64,000 nucleotides of DNA from a virus (Duplodnaviria; Caudoviricetes), in IMG/VR virus record IMGVR_UViG_3300032321_002024, positions 160,001 through 224,000 of that record. One strand, 5' to 3'. The notes beneath the pieces are model-generated. The model had not been told where the DNA came from and did no database searches. It saw only the letters and a program-made list of their open reading frames with translations. Each line of letters opens with the position of its first letter. The first letter of the stretch is position 1. Made by a program: the position numbers and the translations under genes. This document shows positions 37,048 to 46,586 of this stretch, one piece after another.

Positions 37048-37079
37048 TTTGGTAGAATTAAAACTTTTATCTAAATTTG
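37048..37079 (+). promoter_or_regulatory. Bacteroidota-type promoter of tRNA operon 4
   Basis: TTTG-N20-TAAATTTG; TAATATATA at 37121-37129. Confidence 0.7.
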
Positions 37080-37135
37080 TATAAAATAATGACAAAAACT
37101 CGAAAGAGGTTAATAACTTTTAATATATAACAATA

Positions 37136-37249
37136 ATGAAAACAAATAATACAAATATGATGAACCTGACACTCAATGTGGTGAATATTACGTTATGTAA
37201 TATTAGACCTTCTGAGGGTTCTCCGCTATTTAGTAAATTTGTCTTTTGA
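37136..37249 (+). CDS. attenuator leader peptide 4 (37 aa)
   Basis: MKTNNTNMMNLTLNVVNITLCNIRPSEGSPLFSKFVF; residues 3-24 use only T,N,M,L,V,I,C,R; TCTGAGGGTTCT is an exact 12-nt complement of the terminator 5' arm. Confidence 0.85.
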   Translation: MKTNNTNMMNLTLNVVNITLCNIRPSEGSPLFSKFVF

Positions 37250-37277
37250 TATGTGAAAATTTATAACTAAATAATTA

Positions 37278-37309
37278 AGAACCCTCAGATAAAAATCTGA
37301 GGGTTTTTT
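37278..37309 (+). terminator. attenuator terminator 4
   Basis: AGAACCCTCAGAT-AAAA-ATCTGAGGGTTTTTT. Confidence 0.88.
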
Positions 37310-37324
37310 GTTTTAATAAAATTT

Positions 37325-37397
37325 GACTCCTTCGTCCAACGGGACAGGACATCGCTCTTCTAAAGCGAAGATACTGGTTCGAATCCAGTAGGGGTTA
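37325..37397 (+). tRNA. tRNA-Arg(TCT)
   Basis: TCGCT-CTTCTAA-AGCGA. Confidence 0.9.
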
Positions 37398-37404
37398 CTA
37401 AAAT

Positions 37405-37493
37405 GGGCTTGTAGCTGATTTGGTTTTAGCTGGTGACTGTTAATCACTGTATGAAAAATTGAAATAAAGTAGGTTCGAATCCTGCCTGGCCCG
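37405..37493 (+). tRNA. tRNA-Asn(GTT) with enlarged variable region
   Basis: GGTGA-CTGTTAA-TCACT; about 20-nt AT-rich variable region. Confidence 0.8.
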
Positions 37494-37500
37494 CAAAAAT

Positions 37501-37573
37501 AGTCTTGTAGCTCAATCGGGGGAGCGCCACTGTTACATAGTGGAGGGAGTCGGATCGTAACCGACCAGGACTA
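37501..37573 (+). tRNA. tRNA-Val(TAC)
   Basis: CCACT-GTTACAT-AGTGG. Confidence 0.85.
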
Positions 37574-37580
37574 CAAAAAC

Positions 37581-37654
37581 TGTCGATTAGCTCATTTGGT
37601 CAGAGCGCCACGCTGATACCGTGGAGGTGGTGGGATCGTAACCCGCATCGACAA
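37581..37654 (+). tRNA. tRNA-Ile(GAT)
   Basis: CCACG-CTGATAC-CGTGG. Confidence 0.9.
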
Positions 37655-37664
37655 CAAAAAAAAT

Positions 37665-37737
37665 GACACCGTGTCTGAATGGCTTAGGTCCCAGTCTGCA
37701 AAACTGTGGTATGTCGGTTCGAACCCGACCGGTGTCT
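37665..37737 (+). tRNA. tRNA-Cys(GCA)
   Basis: CAGT-CTGCAAA-ACTG; U73. Confidence 0.9.
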
Positions 37738-37743
37738 CAATAA

Positions 37744-37815
37744 GCTTCTTAAGCATTAATGGTGATGCGCTAGTCTTGTAAACTAGAGAAATCGGATCGT
37801 TACCGGTAAGAAGCT
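37744..37815 (+). tRNA. tRNA-Thr(TGT)
   Basis: CTAGT-CTTGTAA-ACTAG. Confidence 0.88.
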
Positions 37816-37817
37816 CA

Positions 37818-37937
37818 ATAACAGATGGTGATTAAGAGTGTTACTTCGTGAAATTGGTATACACATTTGACTTATAATCAAACTTTTGAGGGTTCAAGTC
37901 CCTCAGTAAAATCACTCTCAAGACTTTCCTCTGTTAT
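37818..37937 (+). ncRNA. tRNA-like element (D, anticodon TAT and T arms) enclosed in a long non-tRNA stem
   Basis: TTTGA-CTTATAA-TCAAA and GAGGG-TTCAAGT-CCCTC arms flanked by AGAGTG/CACTCT and ATAACAGA/TCTGTTAT helices. Confidence 0.6.
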
Positions 37938-37941
37938 ATCT

Positions 37942-38032
37942 GCCTCAGTGGCGAAATTTGGTTGAAACGCGCTAGACTTAGGATCTAGTACCCAAGTGGT
38001 AAACGTTGTCGGTTCGAGTCCGACCTGAGGTA
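37942..38032 (+). tRNA. tRNA-Leu(TAG)
   Basis: CTAGA-CTTAGGA-TCTAG; long variable arm. Confidence 0.9.
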
Positions 38033-38042
38033 CAAAAATTGC

Positions 38043-38114
38043 TACCGCGGCTTAGTGGAAAAGAACATTGGCTCATATCCTATGTTAAGTGAGTTCGAAC
38101 CTCATACGCGGTAC
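38043..38114 (+). tRNA. degenerate tRNA-Met-like (CAT)
   Basis: TACCGCG/CGCGGTA acceptor, CTCATAT loop, TTCGAAC T-loop; irregular spacing. Confidence 0.5.
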
Positions 38115-38683
38115 TATCTTACAATTGTAACGTGACCGGTGATTAACTTCTTATCATCGTTATCAATCATATCTAACCTCATTATCCAAGAATATGTTCC
38201 ATCCGGAACTAACACACCGTTATATGTTCCATCCCATTTAGAATTAACATCATTGGATTCCCATATTAAACCACCCCATCTGTTGTATATTGATAATTGA
38301 AAATTATCAACAGATATACCACTTGTTAATATTGGACCCCACGTCTGATTAAACTCATTTCCATCTGGAGTAAACGAATTAGGAACCCAATAAATTAGTG
38401 GATCACACTGAGTAACAATAATACTCAATACCTGTGGTGTTCCGGGACATCCTATATCATTATACCCAATTGCAACTAATTGAAAATCACCTGGTTCATC
38501 ATAAGTTATATCTACTGATAAACCCTGACCAATTAAACTTCCATTTAGAAACCATTCTACCGAACCATTAACATCAATTGTAGTTGAATAAGTAAAAGTA
38601 TTTGCATTCTCACAAATCTCAAATGTATGTTGACTAAAAACATTTAGACTGATTAATAAGAACAAAGATAAAATTAGTTTCAT
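38114..38683 (-). CDS. T9SS type B (gliding-motility-associated) C-terminal domain protein
   Basis: Signal peptide; VPNSFTPDGNEFN..IYNRWG..WDG..GTY..GHVTIVR. Confidence 0.88.
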   Translation of the reverse strand: MKLILSLFLLISLNVFSQHTFEICENANTFTYSTTIDVNGSVEWFLNGSLIGQGLSVDITYDEPGDFQLVAIGYNDIGCPGTPQVLSIIVTQCDPLIYWVPNSFTPDGNEFNQTWGPILTSGISVDNFQLSIYNRWGGLIWESNDVNSKWDGTYNGVLVPDGTYSWIMRLDMIDNDDKKLITGHVTIVR

Positions 38684-38691
38684 ATTCTATT

Positions 38692-39258
38692 TTAATTATG
38701 TTGTATTGGTGTTAATGTTGGTTGTGGAGAAACTCCGGTATTTGTAGTTGCTGTAAATGAACATCCACCATTGGTATAAGTATATGTTATTGTAGCGGCT
38801 CCCGGTCCTGCACTTCCCGGACAAAACTGACCATTGACAACGCCATTACCGGTCCAAGTTCCACCTGCTGGTAAACCAACTAATGCCACACACGGATCTG
38901 TAACACAAAACGGTCCAATTGGTGTAATAGTCGGAACGACTTGATAAATAAGAACATTTAAGTTTACTGCTGGTGATGGACACCCAGCCTGTGAAGTATA
39001 AATAACACTAACTGCGTTATTAATTAATCCTGGAGGACAGTTTGACCAGTTGACTTGAATTTGATTTGTTCCCTGGCCAGATGTGATTGTAGCACAAGCT
39101 GGAACTGTCCAAGTATAAGTTCCCGCACCGATTGAAGTCACTTGATACTGAGATAGTGATTGAGATTGATAACAAACTGTGTCTGGATTTGTTGTGGTTA
39201 ACTGACCGAATAATATTGTCGTGAGAAACAAAAACGATAATAAAACTAAATTTTTCAT
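38692..39258 (-). CDS. secreted PKD/Ig-like adhesin-domain protein
   Basis: Signal peptide; YTWTVP..ITSGQGTNQIQVNW; PAGGTWTG..F.P; ends PIQHN. Confidence 0.75.
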   Translation of the reverse strand: MKNLVLLSFLFLTTILFGQLTTTNPDTVCYQSQSLSQYQVTSIGAGTYTWTVPACATITSGQGTNQIQVNWSNCPPGLINNAVSVIYTSQAGCPSPAVNLNVLIYQVVPTITPIGPFCVTDPCVALVGLPAGGTWTGNGVVNGQFCPGSAGPGAATITYTYTNGGCSFTATTNTGVSPQPTLTPIQHN

Positions 39259-39277
39259 ACTTTTCTTTTTTTTTATT

Positions 39278-40324
39278 TTAATTATGGCTTATTGGGCCTA
39301 AAATTACTTGAGGTGGTTGAGTTATTGTAACACTTCCAGTAGCTATACAACCATTTAAATTAACAGATACTGTATAGGTTCCTGGACAAAGATTAGATAT
39401 TGATTGAGTGGTCAATCCGTTTGACCAAAGGTAAGTTGCTCCTGGATAGTTAGCATTTGCAGTTCCGTTACAAAGACCAAAACAAGTTACATTTGTTGAA
39501 GTTGGATTTACAATTAAATTTACAGGAGTCCAAGTTATCGAAACATATCCGTTTCCTGTATTGTTTCCAGCAAGACAACTTCCACCGACCGGTATTAATG
39601 AAGAACCAGCTCCACCTCCACCACCTCCGTTAGATCCTGTGCAACAACCATCATTTCCACCACCTCCACCTCCGTAGTAACCTCCACCGCCGCCTCCACC
39701 AGAAGCAGTTTGCCAAAATCCACCATTACCTCCTTGACCTAATGTTCCTGATTGTCCACCTGGAGGAGTTCCAGCCCAGGGAGCACCACCAGCACCACCT
39801 GTAGTTTGAGTCCCGCCTCCGCCACCAAATCCAAAACTATTTACACCCGCACCTCCATTGTTGCAATTAGACACACCACCACTTGTAGTGGTTGTTGAAC
39901 CTCCGCCTTTTCCGCCACCACCTCCAGCTACAATTACTCTGTTACCTAAAGCAGTTCCACCAATTCTGATATCAGAAGCACCTCCACCTCCACAAGAATT
40001 ATAATTTGCGTTTGCTGGATTAGATGCAAAACCTGTTCCTCCACCATTCCAACCACCTGAGTTATTACCACAAGAACCTTGACCACCAACATAAATATTT
40101 AGAATTTGACCAGGTGTTACAGCTATTGTTGCTGAGATTCTAGCACCGTTTCCTCCGATATTTCCTCCTCCTTTTGCCCCAGCAACAATTACGTTTATAG
40201 AAGTGACACATGGTGGAACTGTCCAGGTTTGGACGTTTCCTGTATAATTAAAAGTTTGAGATTGAGCAAATAATATATTAAATACTGAAGATAGAACCAA
40301 TAAAATTGAAAAAACTATTCTCAC
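39278..40324 (-). CDS. secreted glycine-rich domain + SprB-repeat protein
   Basis: Signal peptide; FNYTGNVQTWTVP..GGGGASDIR..VAGGGGG; TNVTCFGLCNG..YLWSNG; ends PISHN. Confidence 0.8.
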   Translation of the reverse strand: MRIVFSILLVLSSVFNILFAQSQTFNYTGNVQTWTVPPCVTSINVIVAGAKGGGNIGGNGARISATIAVTPGQILNIYVGGQGSCGNNSGGWNGGGTGFASNPANANYNSCGGGGASDIRIGGTALGNRVIVAGGGGGKGGGSTTTTSGGVSNCNNGGAGVNSFGFGGGGGTQTTGGAGGAPWAGTPPGGQSGTLGQGGNGGFWQTASGGGGGGGYYGGGGGGNDGCCTGSNGGGGGGAGSSLIPVGGSCLAGNNTGNGYVSITWTPVNLIVNPTSTNVTCFGLCNGTANANYPGATYLWSNGLTTQSISNLCPGTYTVSVNLNGCIATGSVTITQPPQVILGPISHN

Positions 40325-42775
40325 CTATTTAATTTCTATTTTAACAATTTGAGTGTATTCAATATTGTTACTAATGTATATATAGTATATTCCAGATGAA
40401 CTTTTTACATTATCAATATAAATTGCGTTTATACCTGGTTTAACATTTATCTCTTTGTTTAAAATCTCAGCACCCTTTGTATCTTTAATAAAAATTGAAC
40501 ATTCCCCAACTAAGTTTTTGTTATTTAACAATATTTGAAATTGACCAGAATTAGGATTTGGAAATATTGAAAAATAACCACTATTATTTGTTTGACAATT
40601 TACATTTATTGGACCATATTCTTTTGATTTACCATCAGTATCAATTTGTAATAGTTTATAATATCCGTTTCCGTAATATCCTTCATTATCAACAGTAGAA
40701 TAATAAATTAATTGTGTTGAATTTCCAGATGACTCAACATTAGTTAATTGAGACCAATCTAAACCATTTCTAGATTTTAAAATACTAAAATAATCACTAT
40801 TATGCTCACTAGATGTAATCCAATTTAAAGTTACTATACCTTCTTCACAATTTCCATCAAAACTTACTAATTCAACCGGAAGTGCACCATTGACGATAAC
40901 AAAGAAATCGATGATTTGTGTTCCACAGTTGTAGCCATTGGAAACGGTTGCTCGAACCGATCCGTCTGTTGTTGTTTGTGGCCAAGTAAAAGTAATCGTT
41001 GGTGAATTGGAATTAGCGATGTTTATCCACATAGGTGCAGTTACGGACTCTGTATAAGACCATTGGTAGTTCACTCCAGCTATTGGTGTGATTGAATAGG
41101 TTTCTTGCGTTCCTGCTATAATGGTATTATTTCCCGATATGTTAGATACTGATCCAACAGAAGGATTAACGGTTATTGTTGTCGATGTTGATGTTGAACA
41201 TCCGTTTGATGTTGCGGTTAATTGATAGGTTTGTGTAGTTGTGGGAGAGGCAAAAGGACTTGGCGCAGCTGGATTTGAGAGTCCGGTTGATGGAGTCCAT
41301 AGATACGTTATCGGTGATCCACCTGTGTTTCCTACCGATGAAATCAATTGAGTATTTGACCCATTACATATAGTATTAGTTACTGCGTTGATGTTTATCA
41401 CAGGGTTGGAATTAACTGTTATAGTTATTGAGGCACAACCTCCACTAAAAAGACCACCGTTTAGATTTCTTGCATAGTATGTAGTGGTTGATGCAGGACT
41501 TACCGAGATGGAATTTCCGGTTGCCACAAAAGTGGAAGCACATCCTCCGGTATACCAATAAACCACTCCAATAGCACCGTTTGCTGTCAAAGTGGTAGAT
41601 GATCCATCACAAATAGTATTTTGTGTTGCAGATATAGAGGATGGATCTGGTGGAGGCGGAGATACACATGTTAGATTAACAGAAAAGCCACTATTTGATG
41701 AATATCCATGAACCAATATGTAGTAAATTGTTCCTACTGTGGAAGTCCATGAATATGAAGCAGACGTACTAGCACAAGCTGGGCCATAATCATCATTACC
41801 TCCTACGCATGTTAGTGTGCTACAATTTGGTCCAGAAAAAACACTAATTTTGCTATCCCAAGCAGTTGCACATAGAGAAGCTGTCATGATTTGTCCGTTT
41901 CCTGTTACAGCATACCATACACCCGGCATTGTTTGCATGGTAGTGCAAGTTCCATTTTCGCCAGTGCCTGAGTTTGTTGCATTTACAGTAGTTCCCGATA
42001 ATGTTTGACCACACGTAATAGATGTTGAATTACAGACTAAATCGTTGGATGGCGGGGTTGGTGCAGAACATGTTAAACAAGATATTGAGGATGTTCCACA
42101 ACTTGAAGCAGTTCCACACGTATTATTTGTATTGTAATGCACAAAATATGTTCCTGAAGATGGGCAAACCCAATTTAGTGGAGAGTTTCCACTAGTAACT
42201 ACAGTACCATTATAAGTTCCCGATCTAACTGTGATATATCCACCTAAATTGTAATATGATTGATATGTTTGTCCTGCAACACAAGAAGTAATTGTACTAT
42301 ACTCTGCTTGATATTGACATGTACTAATAGTTACAGTTGTTGGAGTTGATGGAGCGATTGCTGATCCGTATGATGAGGTATTAGTACACGGTCCGGGAGC
42401 TGCAGCTGCACAGCTCCCTAGTACTGTTTGTCCACCTGTAGTTGCAGTACCCGCAACTGGTTGTATAGTATTGATTATGATAGACCCTGCTCCATTGAGG
42501 ACTTGTATACGCATTTCGGAAGGGTATAATCCAGCTGCTGTTCGATAGACTCTAATCGTGGCACCTACTGCGGCAGTAAATGTAGAATTGGTAGGCCCTA
42601 ATCCAACACAACTTAAGCCACTTAAAACAGTAACTCCATTAACTGAAACTGCAACGGTTCCTCCGTTCCAACCGTCACCAAAGGTATCTGTTCGTTTAAT
42701 TGTGTGTGTACATGATTGTGAAAGTACAGCCGTGTAAGTAAAAAGAAAGAAAAAAATTGCAATTAAAGACTTCAT
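40325..42775 (-). CDS. T9SS type A sorting domain surface protein
   Basis: Signal peptide; Cys-rich Ig-like repeats; LPVELVSF linker; IFPNP...GIYYI..KIEIK CTD. Confidence 0.88.
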   Translation of the reverse strand: MKSLIAIFFFLFTYTAVLSQSCTHTIKRTDTFGDGWNGGTVAVSVNGVTVLSGLSCVGLGPTNSTFTAAVGATIRVYRTAAGLYPSEMRIQVLNGAGSIIINTIQPVAGTATTGGQTVLGSCAAAAPGPCTNTSSYGSAIAPSTPTTVTISTCQYQAEYSTITSCVAGQTYQSYYNLGGYITVRSGTYNGTVVTSGNSPLNWVCPSSGTYFVHYNTNNTCGTASSCGTSSISCLTCSAPTPPSNDLVCNSTSITCGQTLSGTTVNATNSGTGENGTCTTMQTMPGVWYAVTGNGQIMTASLCATAWDSKISVFSGPNCSTLTCVGGNDDYGPACASTSASYSWTSTVGTIYYILVHGYSSNSGFSVNLTCVSPPPPDPSSISATQNTICDGSSTTLTANGAIGVVYWYTGGCASTFVATGNSISVSPASTTTYYARNLNGGLFSGGCASITITVNSNPVININAVTNTICNGSNTQLISSVGNTGGSPITYLWTPSTGLSNPAAPSPFASPTTTQTYQLTATSNGCSTSTSTTITVNPSVGSVSNISGNNTIIAGTQETYSITPIAGVNYQWSYTESVTAPMWINIANSNSPTITFTWPQTTTDGSVRATVSNGYNCGTQIIDFFVIVNGALPVELVSFDGNCEEGIVTLNWITSSEHNSDYFSILKSRNGLDWSQLTNVESSGNSTQLIYYSTVDNEGYYGNGYYKLLQIDTDGKSKEYGPINVNCQTNNSGYFSIFPNPNSGQFQILLNNKNLVGECSIFIKDTKGAEILNKEINVKPGINAIYIDNVKSSSGIYYIYISNNIEYTQIVKIEIK

Positions 42776-42954
42776 AGTTCAAAATATTTTATTTGAACTC
42801 ACTTGAAGAATCTTTTTAAGAAACCCCCATCTTCCATGGGCCGGTCGAGTATTAGTGTATATATCTTTTGATTATGTGAGGTTTTACTGAAAAAGTATTA
42901 AAAAAAATATACTCTGTATATGATTTAGCAAAATCAATATCTGGGTTAGCATTC

Positions 42955-45195
42955 TTATTCAAATAGAGGGAATCTTGGTAGATATAATCTAGTTGTTGCG
43001 TTATCAGCAAAGATTAGATATTTCGAATCATCTCTAATGATGTATTGATTACACATCTTATTGTGTTCTGTTTCAGGTATTATTTCTGTAAATAATCTTA
43101 TATTAGTGATCTTCATATCTGATGCTAAAATCTCTGGATTGAAACCTTCAGCTTCAAATTCAAACTGTTCTATATCAAATGACTGTTTGTATAACTGTCT
43201 TAACATAGTATATGATAAATTAGCAGCCTCATCTTCTTCATCAACATTTCTCTTATAGATAAACTGTTCAGCTTTTTTGTTTCTCTGATCTACATTTAAT
43301 ACATAACAATACCAAGTATCTTCTGTAAGAGCAATCGCATTGTTATTAGGTTGTCCCATTAAAGATTGACTATATGTCACTCCATTAAGAGTGAATTTTA
43401 ACTCATCACTTTCAAGTTCAAACTTATATCCTATATTCGAATTATAATTATAGTAACTCATAAAGTTATACGTTTCACCTGGTATATAATTATTCAAATT
43501 AAACCAACACATAAATCCTATATTATTAGTAGTTCCTAAAATAGGATTAAAGTTTACATATCTAACTGCTAAATTTCTATAAGCTAGTGATGATAAATCA
43601 TAATGAGCTTTTGAAATAATCGTAGTTGAGTTTTCAATTAATTCTTTATTTATACTTGCATTATATTCTAACCTTATAACTTCAGTAGTAAGTGGTTTAA
43701 ATTGATCTTTGTTTGCAATTGCTTCTTTTTCTTGGTTATTTTCAAATCCAAATAACTCATCAATTGTTGTGTTTTTAGTAAGTCTATCAACAGATTGTTT
43801 GATGTTTTCATCTGCGTAGGTGATGTTTGCGGTTTTGTTGTATTTTTTCAGAACCAGTTTGTAGTAAACTGCCGCATTGTTAAAATTTCTAAACTGTTGA
43901 GCATGATCAACAGAATACATCCTATTTAAATCACAGAAATATAAAAAGTCTTCTTTTGCTGGTCTTCTTTGAGCTCCAAAAATCTCTTTGAATTGTTGTT
44001 TAGTTATATGAACTTGAAATGATTCAAATAAATTCAAATCAAATTGATTCATTATAATCTGTGAATCGGGAAAATTGTTTCCTTCTACTGAGACTTTTAA
44101 TTCTCCTTCACAAACTACATTATATAATTGATACTCGTGAAGTATTGTATCTTGTCCTTTTTTATCTGGATCAGTTGCGTAGTAAATTACTCTATGTCCA
44201 AAAATCATCTGAGCATCATTACTCAATTTTTGTAATAAATTCATAGCCTGACTTTGTTGATAAGGATTGAAAAGATTTGCCTTCTCATCTGTAGTCATTT
44301 GTGGTAGTGAGCTTGTTTCTGGATCACATCCAGGCCCACCTGAACTTCCATTAGCATTTAAATTACTATTAGGAACAAATACTCCATTCTCATCATAAGC
44401 ACCCATTAAATTAGACTGACAACATTGTCTAATACCAAACAAGTTAGTTTTCTTAGAATCTTCCGAGACATTTTGAAAACTTCCTAATAGATTTATATCT
44501 TGTATAGTCACACTTTGATTTGAATTATTTTCTATTAAATATTCAATTTGAAAAAATCTAATTGGATTTATTCTTCTCGTTGTTATATTTTCTTTAGTGA
44601 ATAATTCATAATCAGACCAACTTCTACTACTATCTTGTGAAAATCTATAAGATATTTTACAACCTGATGGAATTCCAGTTGATGATATAATTTCAATATC
44701 TGTAATTCTAAATACTTTAAAAATAAAAGGTGGCTTAATAATAAGAGTTTTACCAGCTGGAATTGTAGATACACCCTCTTCATTTTGCATTGGTCTTTCT
44801 AATTCACCTTGAATATTATATTCTAAAATTCTAATTACACCAATAGTAGATGTTCCTTTTCTTACCCATTTAACTTCTAAATAAAAAGGATCTAATGGAT
44901 CGATAATTGGAAAGTTCATAACTTTTAAAGTTAGGTCTAACCAATCTGTCCAATTTTGACCATCTCTTGAAACTCTATAATAGTTTAGTAAATATCTTGC
45001 GTCGGTTAATCCAATAGTGTCATAGTAAAATCTTGTTAACGTTTTAACATTTTGAATTTCAGGAAACGACAAAATATATTCATCTCCAATATTTGAAAAT
45101 GAAGGACAAGCGTTAGCCGCTTGAACTCCTACAGTTGGATCGAATTTGTCTGAAATAACAAGTTTACCTAGAATTATATCTGAAGAGATGTTCAT
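42955..45195 (-). CDS. virion protein with T4 gp14 (neck)-like central domain and LamG-like C-terminus
   Basis: GHRVIYY..D.ILHEY...RPAKEDFLYF..MYSV resembles gp14; TAATATATA at 45201-45209. Confidence 0.5.
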   Translation of the reverse strand: MNISSDIILGKLVISDKFDPTVGVQAANACPSFSNIGDEYILSFPEIQNVKTLTRFYYDTIGLTDARYLLNYYRVSRDGQNWTDWLDLTLKVMNFPIIDPLDPFYLEVKWVRKGTSTIGVIRILEYNIQGELERPMQNEEGVSTIPAGKTLIIKPPFIFKVFRITDIEIISSTGIPSGCKISYRFSQDSSRSWSDYELFTKENITTRRINPIRFFQIEYLIENNSNQSVTIQDINLLGSFQNVSEDSKKTNLFGIRQCCQSNLMGAYDENGVFVPNSNLNANGSSGGPGCDPETSSLPQMTTDEKANLFNPYQQSQAMNLLQKLSNDAQMIFGHRVIYYATDPDKKGQDTILHEYQLYNVVCEGELKVSVEGNNFPDSQIIMNQFDLNLFESFQVHITKQQFKEIFGAQRRPAKEDFLYFCDLNRMYSVDHAQQFRNFNNAAVYYKLVLKKYNKTANITYADENIKQSVDRLTKNTTIDELFGFENNQEKEAIANKDQFKPLTTEVIRLEYNASINKELIENSTTIISKAHYDLSSLAYRNLAVRYVNFNPILGTTNNIGFMCWFNLNNYIPGETYNFMSYYNYNSNIGYKFELESDELKFTLNGVTYSQSLMGQPNNNAIALTEDTWYCYVLNVDQRNKKAEQFIYKRNVDEEDEAANLSYTMLRQLYKQSFDIEQFEFEAEGFNPEILASDMKITNIRLFTEIIPETEHNKMCNQYIIRDDSKYLIFADNATTRLYLPRFPLFE

Positions 45196-45242
45196 GAAAG
45201 TATATATTAAAATTATTTATTCACAATAATATTTGTGAAAAA

Positions 45243-45274
45243 TTTGTTAAAACAATAAATACTCCGTATATTTG
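45243..45274 (+). promoter_or_regulatory. Bacteroidota-type promoter
   Basis: TTTG-N20-TATATTTG. Confidence 0.65.
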
Positions 45275-45341
45275 TATAAATCTATCAAAGGATAGTAGTT
45301 TAGAATAGTTCTAAACTGAATTGAAATAAAAAATATAAATT

Positions 45342-46586
45342 ATGAATATTAAAGAAAAGTTCTTAGAATTAACAAGCAGAACCTACCCTCACGGGACAGA
45401 GGAAGAACTATTTCCAATTTTATTTAATACCGTAGATGGTCTGCAGAAAGACGAGTTCGGAAACCTATTCATAAAAATCGGAGATAGTGATGTAATGTTT
45501 ACTTCACACTTAGATACAGCAACTTCTGCTAACACTCCAGTAAATCATGTTTTTGATGGTGATATTATTAAAACAGATGGTAAATCTATCTTAGGAGCTG
45601 ACGATAAATCAGGTGTTACTATTATGTTGTATATGATTAAAAACAACATACCAGGTCTTTACTATTTCTTCTTAGGTGAAGAAGTTGGATGTATCGGTTC
45701 AAAAAAAGTGGCTAACGTTCAAAAAGAAAATAAAATTGAAGGTATCAATAAAGTAATTTCATTTGACCGTAGAGGAACCAATTCGGTTATTACTTATCAA
45801 AGTGGTAAAAGATGTTGTTCAGATAACTTTGGTAAAACACTAGCTGCTCAACTTAATCAAGCAGGTGGTGATTTTGAATATGAAACTGATCCAACTGGAA
45901 TTTTAACAGACTCTATTCAATTTATTAGTATCTATTCAGAGTGTACAAATATCTCTGTAGGTTATCAATCAGAACACACTTATTCTGAAACTCAGAATAT
46001 TAAACACTTAGAAAAATTAGCTGAGGCTTGTTTAAAAGTTGATTGGAATTCACTTCCTGTTGAAAGAGATCCTTCTGTAGTAGAGTATAAATCTTATGGT
46101 AGCTCTTGGGGTTCTCCAGGTTGGGATGATTATGATGATTACCATGGTTATGGATATGGGTCTAGAAGTCAAGTAAAAGGATATTCTACTTACAACAATT
46201 GGGGGAGTATAACTAAACCAAAGACAAAAACAGAAAACATTTGGTTTCACGATAAGAAATACAACTATGTTTCAAAAATAGAAATTGAAGAGTGGACTAA
46301 AAAAGTAATTTCAGTTGACCTTTGTAAAGAAAGAATTTCTGAGGAAAAGATTATTATTGACTCATTGTTGAAATCTCTTGACTTAGATTTCAAATCAACA
46401 GAGTGGAACGGTTTCAAACTTAAAGTCAATTATGAAACAAACTACTCAACAGAGTGCGATAGAAATGATTTGATTGGATATCTACCAGAATTAGACTACT
46501 CTAAAACTGAAGATTTAGGAGATTTCTCAAACAATTTCTTTGATACAGATTCTTACTTGGATATGTGTGATGGTTTTTATGACTAA
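45342..46586 (+). CDS. M20/M28-family zinc peptidase
   Basis: SHLDT, LGADDK, GEEVG, FDRRG and EH motifs. Confidence 0.85.
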   Translation: MNIKEKFLELTSRTYPHGTEEELFPILFNTVDGLQKDEFGNLFIKIGDSDVMFTSHLDTATSANTPVNHVFDGDIIKTDGKSILGADDKSGVTIMLYMIKNNIPGLYYFFLGEEVGCIGSKKVANVQKENKIEGINKVISFDRRGTNSVITYQSGKRCCSDNFGKTLAAQLNQAGGDFEYETDPTGILTDSIQFISIYSECTNISVGYQSEHTYSETQNIKHLEKLAEACLKVDWNSLPVERDPSVVEYKSYGSSWGSPGWDDYDDYHGYGYGSRSQVKGYSTYNNWGSITKPKTKTENIWFHDKKYNYVSKIEIEEWTKKVISVDLCKERISEEKIIIDSLLKSLDLDFKSTEWNGFKLKVNYETNYSTECDRNDLIGYLPELDYSKTEDLGDFSNNFFDTDSYLDMCDGFYD

